Source: an uncultured Acidobacteriota bacterium (GTDB taxonomy: Bacteria; Acidobacteriota; Terriglobia; Acidiferrales; UBA7541). Taken from it: a DNA stretch of 64,000 nt. The notes below the pieces were generated by a model that worked only from the letters and a program-made list of their open reading frames with translations, did not search any database and was not told the origin of the DNA. The translations under genes and the position numbers were made by a program. Position 1 is the stretch's first letter. Each line of letters starts with the position of its first letter. The stretch spans positions 149,340 through 213,339 of the forward strand of contig CAVOOU010000028.1 in NCBI GenBank assembly GCA_963697645.1. The letters run 5' to 3'. Shown in pieces: positions 45,996 to 55,790 of this stretch.

Positions 45996-48451
45996 GCTTC
46001 TCGATGGCTGCCGCCAGGGATTCAGACCAAGCCTTCCGGAAGGAACTCACGTCCCCTCTTATAACAGGCGTGCCATTAAATTGGATGCGAAATTCGCTGC
46101 GGGTGACGGTTCCGATCCGATTTGCGGCCACTCCATATTGTGCCGCAACCGCGTTGAGCCGGGCAAGCGAAGCCGCCGAAAGCGAAACGACCGCCCGCGC
46201 GCCCCGTTCGCCGAAAAGTGCCACTTCCGCAACCGTGCTGTCATCCCGAGCGGAGGCTCGCGCGCTTTCGTTTTCCCTCGCGTAGCGAGGGCGCGAGCCG
46301 GAGTCGAGGGATCTCTCTTCTGCTGCCGCGCTGGAGCTTAGAGTAACGTCCGCCGACAGCCCTTCGCTCGCAAAGCACGATTCCGCAATCGTCACAGCCA
46401 GCCCGCCATCGCTCACATCATGCGCCGAAAGAATCAAACCCGCACTCGCCAGATTCACCAGGCACTCGATCAGCCGCTTCTCAGCAGCCAGATCAATCGC
46501 CGGTGGCGTGCCACCAACGATTCCCTGAATCGTCTTCGCATATTCCGACGACGAAAACTCCACCGCGCGAACTCTCCGGCTCCGCCGCGCGCCGCCGCCG
46601 CCCGCGTCCCGTCGAGCAGCACAATCGCGTCGCCTTCCTTATCAAACGCCGACCCCACCGCGAAATCCGCATCCTCCAGCACGCCCAGCACTCCCAGAAT
46701 CGGCGTCGGATAAATCGGCTTCCCCAGCGTCTCGTTGTAAAAACTGACATTCCCGCCCGTAATCGGAATCTCCAGCGCGCGGCACGCCTCCGCAATCCCG
46801 TCCACCGCCTCGCTGAACTGCCACATCACCTCCGGCTTCTCCGGGTTGCCAAAATTCAAGCAGTTCGTAGCCGCCACAGGACGCGCCCCGCTGCACGCCA
46901 CATTGCGCGCCGCCTCAGCCACCGCATGCATCGCGCCCACACGCGGCGAAAGAAAACACCAGCGCCCATTGCCGTCCGTCGAAAGCGCCAGCCCGCGCTC
47001 GGTCTCCTTCAATCGCAACACCGCCGCATCGCTCGCCCCCGGCCCGAACCGCGTATTCGTGCGCACCATCGAATCGTACTGCTCGGTGATCCAGTATTTC
47101 GACGCGATCGCCGGCGACGCCAGCAGCTCCCGGAAATTTTCGGTGAGATCAGCGCCGGCAGCCGCGAATTCAAAAAGAGGCCCGGCGGCGCCAGCCGGCG
47201 AAGCAGGCGCGGCAATCGGCCGCTCGTACCGCGGCCCTTCCTCCGCAATCGCATGCGCCGGAATTTCCGCCACCACGCGCCCGTGATCGAGCACGCGCAA
47301 CTTACCGTCATCGGTCACTTTCCCAATTTCGACGGCGTCCAGCCCCCATTTGCTGAACACGCCAAAAACTTCGCGCTCCCGCCCGCGCTCCGCCACCAGC
47401 AACATCCGCTCCTGCGATTCCGAAAGCATGATTTCGTACGGCGTCATGCCCGTCTCGCGCTGCGGCACGCGCGCCAGATCAATTTCAATCCCCATTCCGC
47501 CGCGCGACGCCATCTCCGAGCTCGAACTCGTCAACCCGGCCGCGCCCATATCCTGAATCGCCACCACCGCCCCGGTGCGCATTGCTTCGAGGCACGCCTC
47601 CAGCAGCAATTTTTCCATAAACGGGTCGCCCACCTGCACGTTCGGCCGCTTCTGCTGCGATTCTTCGCTGAATTCCGCCGACGCCAGCAACGACGCGCCA
47701 TGAATTCCGTCGCGCCCCGTTTTCGCGCCCACGTAAATCACCGGATTGCCCGCCCCACGCGCCCGCGCAAAGAAAAGTTCCTCGCGCCGCGCAATTCCCA
47801 GCGCCAGCGCGTTCACCAAGCGGATTATTCGAGTAGCACGATTCGAACTGCACTTCGCCGCCCACCGTCGGCACGCCAAAACAGTTCCCGTAAAATCCAA
47901 TCCCGCGAATCACGCCGTCCAAAATGCGCCGGTTCCGCGCAATCTCTTCCGCCGTCGCACCAGGAACGTTGTCATCTCGAGCGGAGTCGAGAGATCTCTC
48001 TTCGCCTTTGCCTTTTTCTTTCGCCGCCGCAATCTCCCCAAACCGCAGCGAATCCATCACCGCAATCGGCCGCGCGCCCATCGTGAAAATATCGCGCAAA
48101 ATCCCGCCCACGCCCGTCGCCGCGCCCTGAAATGGCTCCACAAAACTCGGATGATTGTGCGATTCGATCTTGAAAACCGCGCAAATGCCGTCGCCGATGT
48201 CGACCACGCCCGCATTTTCTCCCGGCCCCTGCACCACTCCCTTGCCGGTGCGTCGGCAGCCGCTTCAAATGCACGCGCGATGATTTATACGAGCAGTGCT
48301 CGCTCCACATCACGCTGAAAATCCCCAGCTCGGTATAATTCGGATCGCGCCCCAGAATTCTCTGAATGCGCGCGTATTCCTCCGCCGTCAGCCCATGCTC
48401 CGCCGCAATCTCCGGCGTCACCTGAATCTCGCTCTGTACCGCCTTCTGCAT
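45985..48451 (-). CDS. purL: phosphoribosylformylglycinamidine synthase subunit PurL; three frameshifts (about 48250, 47817, 46568) and two in-frame repeat insertions
   Basis: [79 protein letters not shown]. Four ORF fragments tile the gene. Confidence 0.9.
46240..46320 (+). repeat. GTCATCC-family element, medium form (81 nt), inside purL
   Basis: GTCATCCCGAGCGGAGGCTCGCGCG..CGAGGGCGCGAGCCGGAGTCGAGGGATCTCTCTTC. Confidence 0.8.
47971..48003 (+). repeat. GTCATCC-family element, core form (33 nt), inside purL
   Basis: GTCATCTCGAGCGGAGTCGAGAGATCTCTCTTC. Confidence 0.7.
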
Positions 48452-48505
48452 ATTTTTCTAGATGTGCAGTCGCGCCGCCGAATTCAAGCAACCACGGCGC
48501 CTTTT

Positions 48506-48531
48506 CAGTAGGGGCACGGCATGCCGTGCCC
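48506..48531. repeat. REP-like hairpin CAGTAGGGGCACGGCATGCCGTGCCC
   Basis: An identical unit lies at 57076-57101; a related unit lies at 60944-60970. Confidence 0.75.
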
Positions 48532-48568
48532 GCACGACCGGTTGCTTACGCGCGCGCCATATTCTCGG

Positions 48569-48682
48569 GTCATCCCGAGCGGAGGCTCGCGCGATTTTGT
48601 TTTCCCTCGCGAAGCGCGAATTATGCGTCCCGGTTATATATACGGGGCGAGGGCGCGAGCCGGAGTCGAGGGATCTCTCTTC
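48569..48682 (+). repeat. GTCATCC-family element, long form (114 nt)
   Basis: Same termini as 46240-46320, plus the internal module GAAGCGCGAATTATGCGTCCCGG..CGGGGCGAGG. Confidence 0.85.
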
Positions 48683-48803
48683 CACCCCCCACGGCCCCAA
48701 AAAGGCACAGCGCACGCCTGCAAATTGTCGCAGCAAACAAAAACGCGGGCAAGCACAAGACCGCCGGGTAGTCTGTGGAATTTCGCGGATTCTCGTGGAA
48801 AAT

Positions 48804-49580
48804 TTATGCCGTCACCGCCACGCGACTGCCGGAAGCCTTGCGCTCCCCGCGCGTGAGGTACTCAACCATCGACTGAAAAATCACAAGCCCATCCGACGAG
48901 CCCAGCGGCGATTCCACCGCCCGCTCCGGATGCGGCATCAACCCAAGAACGTTGCGTTCGCGGCTGCAAATCCCCGCAATCGCGCGCAGCGACCCATTCG
49001 GATTATTTTCACGGTCGAACTCAACGGAAGCCGCGTCCTGCCGAACCGCTTCCGCGCAATCCGTTCCGTCCGGGTGCACGTAACGAAAAATAATCCGGTT
49101 GTCACGCTCAAGTTCAGCCAGCGTCGCCGGATCGCAGAAATAATTTCCTTCATTGTGCGCGATCGGAATCTTCAGCACATCGCCGCGATGCGCCGCGCCT
49201 GTAAACGGCGTATCCGTCCGCTCCACGCGAATATGCACGTGCCGGCACAAATATCGCAGCCCCTTGTTCCGCAGCATCGCTCCAGGCAGCAACCCAGCCT
49301 CGAGCAGAATCTGAAACCCGTTGCAAATCCCCAGCACCAGCCCGCCGCCACGCGCAAACCGCTCCACAGCCTTCATCACAGGGGAAAATCGCGCAATCGC
49401 CCCAGTCCGCAAATAATCGCCATAAGCAAATCCGCCAGGCAGAATGATGGCGTCGAACCCGGCAAGATCCTCAGATTGGTGCCAAATGAATTCGACAGGC
49501 TGCTCGATCACCGACGCGATTGCATGACAAGCGTCATCATCGCAATTCGACCCGGGAAATTGCACCACTCCGAATTTCAT
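48804..49580 (-). CDS. purQ: phosphoribosylformylglycinamidine synthase glutaminase subunit PurQ
   Basis: [16 protein letters not shown].., [17 protein letters not shown] (Cys nucleophile), MPHPER. Confidence 0.95.
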   Translation of the reverse strand: MKFGVVQFPGSNCDDDACHAIASVIEQPVEFIWHQSEDLAGFDAIILPGGFAYGDYLRTGAIARFSPVMKAVERFARGGGLVLGICNGFQILLEAGLLPGAMLRNKGLRYLCRHVHIRVERTDTPFTGAAHRGDVLKIPIAHNEGNYFCDPATLAELERDNRIIFRYVHPDGTDCAEAVRQDAASVEFDRENNPNGSLRAIAGICSRERNVLGLMPHPERAVESPLGSSDGLVIFQSMVEYLTRGERKASGSRVAVTA

Positions 49581-49634
49581 GGCTCGTTCGCTATCTCCCC
49601 AGGCTATTTTAGCATACGCTCCGCCTTGGCTCGT

Positions 49635-49838
49635 TCAGTAGCGTTCCAACCAATCCGCAGCCAGCTCGCGCACAGCTTTTCGGAAAGCATCGTCAGCCGT
49701 GAACGTTCCAAATGGATTCTTGTCCGCAGCTTTGAAAAATTCCAGCAAAGTCTCACGGATTCCGAGCATGTTGGAGTAGTTCAGCACCTTACCGTATCCA
49801 ATGAAAGGGTCGATCCGACCAGCGGCCAAACCTTCCAT
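49635..49838 (-). CDS. small hypothetical protein (67 aa; start uncertain)
   Basis: Helical-looking ORF between glmU and purQ. It does not look like PurS. Confidence 0.35.
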   Translation of the reverse strand: MEGLAAGRIDPFIGYGKVLNYSNMLGIRETLLEFFKAADKNPFGTFTADDAFRKAVRELAADWLERY

Positions 49839-49952
49839 GATTTGCCGCACTTCCTGCGTCGCTCGGCGAAGGCGAGCTTTCGCTTGCGGTCTTTTGATTC
49901 GGTTCGTCAAGTTCTGTGTCGCGATCGAGAGTTCGAGGAACGTCGCTACATT

Positions 49953-49979
49953 GTCATCCTGAGCCCGGCGAAGGATCTC
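49953..49979 (+). repeat. GTCATCC-family element, core form
   Basis: GTCATCCTGAGCCCGGCGAAGGATCTC. The glmU stop codon (49978-49980) lies at its 3' end. Confidence 0.55.
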
Positions 49980-51479
49980 AACGCCGCCTACGAGACCGGC
50001 CGCGCACCCCGCGTTTTTTCCTCGCGCGCGGTTTCGCTTCTTTCCGTCGCGGCGCATGTTTCGACCGCGTGCGCGTTTTCTCTTCGCGCTTCACTTCCAA
50101 CCGCCGCTTCCGCGCCCAACCCGGCTTGTTCACCTGACGCCCGCGCGCCAGCGCCAGCGCCTCCGCCGGCACATTCTCGGTCAGTGTCGAGCCCGCTGCG
50201 ACATACGCGCCATCGCCCACGCGGATCGGCGCAACCAGCGCCGTATCGCTGCCAATAAAAACGCGCTCACCAATGCGTGGTCTGATATTTGGCAACCCCA
50301 TCGTAATTGCAAGTGATCGTCCCGGCGCCAATATTCGACCCGCGCCCCACCGACGCATCGCCCAAATACGTAAGATGCATCGCCTTCGCGCCTTCATGCA
50401 CCACCGATTTCTTCACTTCCACGAAATTTCCAATGTGGGCGCCCGAACGAATATCAGCGCCCGGCCGCAAGCGCGAAAACGGCCCGATGGTGGACCTCGC
50501 ATGCAACCGGCTCGCCGTCGCCACGCAATGCGCGCCCACCGTAACATCATCATCCACGCGCACATCGTGCAACACGCTGCCAGTCTGAATCGTGCATCGC
50601 ACCCCGATGCGAGTTTCGCCCAGAAGCTGCACGCCCGGCTCAATCACGGTATCCGCCCCCACGCTCACATCCGGATCAACCACCACCGTCTCAGGCAGAT
50701 AAATTGTCGCACCCGCATCCATCAATTCCGCTGCTTTGCGCGCGCGCAAGATCCGGTCCACGTCCGCCAAGCTCGCGCGCGTGTTGCAGCCAAGGATCTC
50801 CTCCGCGTCTGCGGCCAGCTGCGCCAGCACCCGTTCATTCTTCTGTCGCAGCAGCGCAATCGCATCTGTGAGATACAGCTCGCGATGCGCGTTATTCGGC
50901 CGCAATGCAGCAAGCGCCGGCCACAATTTTTCCAGCGTGAAACAATAAATGCTCGAATTCACTTCGCGAATCGACCGCTGCTCCGGCGTCGCAGCTTTTT
51001 CCTCGACGATCGCCTCGACGCGCCCTTCCGAATCTCGAACGATCCGGCCGTAATCCGTCGGATCGGCAAGCTCCGCGCTCAGCACCGTGGCAGCCGCTTC
51101 GCCCCGCCGATGTGCATCGAGCAGCGCAGCCAGTGATCCGCTGCGCAGCAAAGGCGCATCACCTGGCACCACGAGCGCCACTTTCGCGCTCTTCCGAATC
51201 GCGCGACGCGCCATCTGCACAGCGTGCCCAGTTCCGTGCTGCGGCTTCTGCAAAACCACCTGCGCGCCAAGATTCTCCGCAACTGCGCCCGACTTCGTCC
51301 GCCTGATGCCCAACGACGACCAAAATCTGCGCGGCCTTCAGCGGCAGGCAAGCGCGGATCACGTGCTCGATCAACGTGCGTCCACCTGCGCGATGAAGCA
51401 CCTTCGCAATCTCGGAACGCATCCGCGTCCCCTTGCCGGCGGCGAGAATCACGATCGCGGTGTCGGAATGAGTAGGCAT
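49978..51479 (-). CDS. glmU: bifunctional UDP-N-acetylglucosamine pyrophosphorylase / glucosamine-1-phosphate N-acetyltransferase; two 1-nt insertions (about 51289, about 50273)
   Basis: [15 protein letters not shown], and left-handed beta-helix hexapeptide repeats. The joins are ..GHQADEV|[14 protein letters not shown].. and ..[11 protein letters not shown]|[11 protein letters not shown]... There is a highly basic 40-aa C-terminal tail. Confidence 0.9.
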
Positions 51480-51543
51480 CGGACGTTATTGTGGCGTGCC
51501 CTATCAGGTTTGGCAACGACGAAGCCCAATATAGCAGTGCTTC

Positions 51544-51577
51544 GTAGCACCGGTCTTCAGACCGGCAGGGGTTGAAG
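51544..51577. repeat. REP-like unit GTAGCACCGGTCTTCAGACCGGCAGGGGTTGAAG
   Basis: Same consensus as the units at 63701 and 63750. Confidence 0.65.
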
Positions 51578-51712
51578 TGTCAGTTATCCCTAGCTCTGGC
51601 CGAGCAACGGGACGCCGGGTCGGTATGTGGACCTTTGCCCACAACGATTCAGCCCGAATCAGAATCCAAGAATCAACAACAACGAGCTAACCCAAACGGA
51701 GGGGATTCAGCC

Positions 51713-52201
51713 ATGCCAGCCGCGAAAAAAGTCCTCAGAGCCCTCCTCGTTATCGCGACGATTCTGCTCCTGGCAGCCATCCTCATTCCCGCTTACTTAC
51801 GATCAAAGATCGCCGACGGTGGCGATCCCGCAGCGAATACACTTCGAGTGATAGTAAGCGCGAACGAAATTTATGACTCCACCTATGGCAACGGTTTTGC
51901 GAGAACATTGGCGCAACTAGCAGGGCTTCCGACAACGAAAGGAAACTGCGATCATGCTGCCTTGATCGACAACGGTTTGGCATCCGGCAGAAAGTACGAT
52001 TACATCTACACTTACACTGCGAAGCCCTCTACAAATCAGCCTGCAAGAGGTTGCAGCCAGGTGGGTGCGAGCGCCTTTAGCGTAAGCGCCGCCCCGGTCA
52101 AGCCCTCGGTAGAGCATCGATACTATTTCATTGATGAAACGGGTGTGCTCAGGGTCGAGAAAAATAAGCCTGCCAGCGCAAGCAGCCCGCCCATTGAGTG
52201 A
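51713..52201 (+). CDS. pilin-like protein lacking a canonical prepilin cleavage motif
   Basis: GGAGG RBS. An N-terminal hydrophobic helix LLVIATILLLAAILIPAYLRSKI is followed by ..ANEIYDSTYGNGFARTLAQLAG..C..ALID..LASG.KY.Y.YTY, as in acidobacterial type IV pilin-like proteins. Confidence 0.6.
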   Translation: MPAAKKVLRALLVIATILLLAAILIPAYLRSKIADGGDPAANTLRVIVSANEIYDSTYGNGFARTLAQLAGLPTTKGNCDHAALIDNGLASGRKYDYIYTYTAKPSTNQPARGCSQVGASAFSVSAAPVKPSVEHRYYFIDETGVLRVEKNKPASASSPPIE

Positions 52202-52223
52202 CGAAGAAGATCAGAAAAAGGAA

Positions 52224-53135
52224 TCAGGACGATAGAGGAGCAGAAACCCTTACGGAATCATGCTCAGCATCGGCGGTCCCATGACGCCCGTTGGTAGTTT
52301 CCGTCCACAGCGAGCGGTCAGCCAGCAGCCGCGTCACAAGCTGCGTGTGTGTCGCGTGCCCGGCCTTATGGGCTTCGATGCGCGCCAGCAGCGGCCTTCC
52401 GACCAGCGCCAAATCCCCTATCAAATCAAGCGCCTTGTGACGCCCGAATTCATCCGGGAAACGCAGCGGCCCGTTCGTAATATTTTTGTCATCAATCACA
52501 ATCGCGTTGTCGAGCGACCCGCCACGAATCAGCCCCATCGCCTGAAGTCCCGGAAAATCCTTCGTGAAACCGAACGTCCGCGCCGGCGCCAGCTCCCGGC
52601 TGAAAGTGTCGCGGTTCACGCTCAGCTCGATTCCCTGCGGAGGCACGGCCGGATGCCTGAAATCCACGTAGCAATGAACGCGAAATTCGGCCGCGGGGTA
52701 GATCCCCAGCAGGCGATCGCCATCGGCAAATTCGAGCGGCTTGAGCACCTTGATGTAGCGCCGCTGGCGGCGCAGCTGCCTGATTCCCGCCCGCGCTAGC
52801 AGGTCAATGAACGGCTTCGCGGAGCCGTCCAAAATCGGAAGTTCGAGCGCATCGATTTCCACATACACATTGTCGACGCCACAAGAATAGAGAGCAGCAA
52901 GCACGTGCTCGGTGGTGGAAAGCAGCACGCCCTGCTTCATTAAGCTGGTGGCATAACTCACCCGCGCCACGTTGCGGACGTGCGCTTCGATTTCGAAATT
53001 ATCGAGATCCACGCGCCGGAACACGATGCCCGTATCCGCGGGGGCAGGCACAAATCGGACCCGGCTTCGAACCGCGGTATGAAGCCCGATTCCTTCCGTT
53101 TCGACTGGACGCTGAATAGTGAGCTGAGAGGGCAT
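52224..53135 (-). CDS. lpxC: UDP-3-O-acyl-N-acetylglucosamine deacetylase
   Basis: GIGLHT.., TTEHVLAAL, EAHKAGHATHTQL (HKxxH-type zinc and catalytic region). Confidence 0.95.
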   Translation of the reverse strand: MPSQLTIQRPVETEGIGLHTAVRSRVRFVPAPADTGIVFRRVDLDNFEIEAHVRNVARVSYATSLMKQGVLLSTTEHVLAALYSCGVDNVYVEIDALELPILDGSAKPFIDLLARAGIRQLRRQRRYIKVLKPLEFADGDRLLGIYPAAEFRVHCYVDFRHPAVPPQGIELSVNRDTFSRELAPARTFGFTKDFPGLQAMGLIRGGSLDNAIVIDDKNITNGPLRFPDEFGRHKALDLIGDLALVGRPLLARIEAHKAGHATHTQLVTRLLADRSLWTETTNGRHGTADAEHDSVRVSAPLSS

Positions 53136-53308
53136 TCGCCGGGGCTTGCCTAAGCATCCGGATGGCCGAGCCATTTAAATGTTAATCATGTATAATCAAT
53201 ACTATACAAGGATACCGCGAACGCATCGGTGCTTTACTGTGGTAATAATACAACAGAACAGGGTGCAGATATGTGGCGATTCGGGGTGGGGGCACAGGTA
53301 CAGCTTCG

Positions 53309-54124
53309 TCAGACTCGAATGCTCAGCGATGGCTGAGGGCTAGCGCCTGAACCGACTGCGCCGGCTTGGTTTTGCGCCTTATCGGCCTCTTGGAAGACAG
53401 CCTGCAGCTCCTGGAACCGCGCAGCCCCATTGCTGGCCACACTGGCTTGGGCTGAGGTCCGTGGCGCCGCCCCGCCTGCCGCCGAGGAAATGGACTCGAA
53501 CCCGGACCCCGCCGGCGCACTTGAGCTTTGCAGCGGAGCAATCGATACAGGTGGAGCTTGGACTTGAGATTCATTCTGAGCTGGGGCTTGTGTTTGAATT
53601 CCGGTCGCGGCCGGGTTCGAGAGATTGTTCGCGTTAAGCGCGCTGATCTGTGTACTCGTCGCTGCCTGGTTGAGCACGCCGAGCGTGCGAACCAGATTCA
53701 AAAGTGCCGGAGGATCGTTTGCCGATTTGATCAGCGCAAGCCGATTGTCGAGACTGATGCTCTGAGGATTGATGCCAAGCTGTTCCAGCACTCGGTTAAG
53801 CTGCGCCAGCTGCTCCTGCTGAGTCGGAGTAGGCGCCGTCGTTGCGTTCGCCACGGGCGCGAGCCGCGCCGGCGAGCTCGCGGTTTGAGCCGGAGCTGGC
53901 GGAAAAGCTTCGAGCGCGGGCGGCGCAGGGCTCTGAAATTGAACGAAATTCGCAGTATCCACCGGCGGCGCTGGCGGAAACACTGCGGAAAGCGTCACGG
54001 TGTCCGGCCGCAGCACAGTTGACTGACCGGATCCGCCTGTCGGCAACCGTTCCGCGTTCTGCGACGAAACTTGATTCGCCGCACTCGAAATATCCGTACT
54101 GAGCGGGAAATTGATGGCGCTCAT
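53309..54124 (-). CDS. low-complexity Ala/Pro/Gln/Ser-rich hypothetical protein
   Basis: 271-aa ORF with ATG start and no recognisable domain. It has one short ordered-looking segment (QQEQLAQLNRVLEQLGINPQSISLDNRLALIKSANDPPALLNLVRTLGVL). Confidence 0.5.
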   Translation of the reverse strand: MSAINFPLSTDISSAANQVSSQNAERLPTGGSGQSTVLRPDTVTLSAVFPPAPPVDTANFVQFQSPAPPALEAFPPAPAQTASSPARLAPVANATTAPTPTQQEQLAQLNRVLEQLGINPQSISLDNRLALIKSANDPPALLNLVRTLGVLNQAATSTQISALNANNLSNPAATGIQTQAPAQNESQVQAPPVSIAPLQSSSAPAGSGFESISSAAGGAAPRTSAQASVASNGAARFQELQAVFQEADKAQNQAGAVGSGASPQPSLSIRV

Positions 54125-54413
54125 GATGATGGGCCTACAATCAACTCAAACAACTCGATGCCTATTCCCATATCGGGCTGGCAACATCGGCGAAAGCCAT
54201 TCCTTCGAAGCTTCAATGTTTCAAATTGGCTCGCCCCGCCCCAGTAGGGACTTTGGCTTACCTGCGGTATCGGCAAGCGATGGGGAAAACTTGAGCGATT
54301 TCTACTGCCAAATTGCTCGCCGAAAAGCACGTGGCGGAATCATCGCGCTATACCGCGGAGCGGTTGTGTCAACCCTGCGGCGCGCGTAAAATACATGATT
54401 CAAGACCACGCCA

Positions 54414-55331
54414 ATGGCTTCGCCCTTTAACATCATCTCGAATCTGCCGGCCGCCGCTCCGCCGCCAGCTGCTCATCCGCGCCCGGCATGGCTTCGCGTG
54501 AAATTTTTCGGCGGCCCCAATTATCAGGAACTCAAGCGCATCATGCGCACTCTCGACTTGCACACTGTGTGCGAGAGCGCGCGCTGCCCCAACATGGGCG
54601 AATGCTGGGAGCACCGCACCGCCACCTTCATGATCCTCGGCAATATTTGCACGCGCGCATGTGGCTTCTGCGCCGTGCCTAGCGGAAAGCCGCTCGGTCC
54701 GCCGGAAGAAGACGAGCCCGAGCGCGTCGCCGAAGCCGTCGAGCGCATGGGCTTGCGCTACGCCGTCGTTACTTCCGTGAATCGCGACGATCAACCCGAC
54801 GGGGGCGCCGCAATTTTCGCGCGCACGATCTCACAGATTCGCGAGCGCGTTCCCGGATGCAGAGTGGAAGTCCTCATCCCCGATTTTCGAGGTGACTGGT
54901 CCGCGCTGGAAACGGTAATGGCAGCGCGTCCCGACGTGCTGAATCACAACATGGAAACCGTGCCGCGCCTCTACCGCCGAGTCCGCAAAGGCGCAGTCTA
55001 CGAGCGCTCGCTCGAGCTTCTGCGTCGCGCCGGCGACATGGCGCCAGGCCTGCCCACAAAGACCGGAATGATGCTGGGCCTCGGCGAAACGCGCGACGAA
55101 GTGCTCGCCGCGATGGAAGAAATCGCGGCGCAAGGCACGCACATCCTCACCCTCGGCCAGTATCTGCAGCCAACTCCCGAGCACCTGCCAGTCGAGCGCT
55201 TCGTCCACCCTGACGAGTTCGCCGAATTCAAGCGCGCAGGCGAACCAATGGGCTTCAAGCACGTAGAAGCCGGCCCCCTAGTCCGTTCCTCCTACCACGC
55301 CTTCGAACAAGAAGAATCCGCCCGGCTCTGA
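54414..55331 (+). CDS. lipA: lipoyl synthase
   Basis: [12 protein letters not shown] and CTRACGFC radical-SAM / auxiliary cluster motifs. Confidence 0.95.
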   Translation: MASPFNIISNLPAAAPPPAAHPRPAWLRVKFFGGPNYQELKRIMRTLDLHTVCESARCPNMGECWEHRTATFMILGNICTRACGFCAVPSGKPLGPPEEDEPERVAEAVERMGLRYAVVTSVNRDDQPDGGAAIFARTISQIRERVPGCRVEVLIPDFRGDWSALETVMAARPDVLNHNMETVPRLYRRVRKGAVYERSLELLRRAGDMAPGLPTKTGMMLGLGETRDEVLAAMEEIAAQGTHILTLGQYLQPTPEHLPVERFVHPDEFAEFKRAGEPMGFKHVEAGPLVRSSYHAFEQEESARL

Positions 55332-55337
55332 AGCCAT

Positions 55338-55748
55338 TTGGCCGATCACATCGTGAAGAGCGAATCGATTCAAGTGCTGATATTTGTCGTGGGTCCGCTA
55401 CTCCTCTTGCTTGCAGTTATAATCTTTGCTCTAGTCCGCTCCAATAAGCGTTTAACAGCAAAATTTCCTGATTTTTCCGTGAATTTCTCCAGAGTGGGCC
55501 GGGAGGACGCATACATCGTCTATCGAGACAGGAACAAGCATCTCGAATTTTATGTGTTTTATGTGGGACCCGATAAAGGCAAGGATATCCACCTGCAAGC
55601 GCCGAAAAACATGCGAGACGAAGACATACGCGATATCACCCCAAGGCTCGCACAGGGACTGACGAGACTCGGCTTTGATCATTATTCGATTCGCAGAGAG
55701 GGCGAAGCTCGAGTCATCGCCGGCAGCGATCAGTCAGTAGAAAGCTGA
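55338..55748 (+). CDS. membrane-anchored hypothetical protein
   Basis: TTG start 7 nt after lipA, one TM helix (VLIFVVGPLLLLLAVIIFALV). Visibly lower GC than its neighbours. Confidence 0.5.
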   Translation: MADHIVKSESIQVLIFVVGPLLLLLAVIIFALVRSNKRLTAKFPDFSVNFSRVGREDAYIVYRDRNKHLEFYVFYVGPDKGKDIHLQAPKNMRDEDIRDITPRLAQGLTRLGFDHYSIRREGEARVIAGSDQSVES

Positions 55749-55790
55749 GCCACTATCCAAAATTACACTCGGTCTGTACTCTGATTGCCC

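Noticed and set aside
49978-50100. The basic 40-aa C-terminal tail of GlmU as a functional extension.
   Set aside because: It cannot be distinguished from read-through caused by an undetected indel or by the repeat insertion. It is reported only as part of the gene-ends observation.
44562-50258. Three very long plus-strand ORFs (44562-46064, 46503-48086, 48462-50258) across the pur block.
   Set aside because: They are opposite purF, purL, purQ and glmU. Their translations are Arg/Pro/His-rich nonsense, which makes them shadow ORFs.
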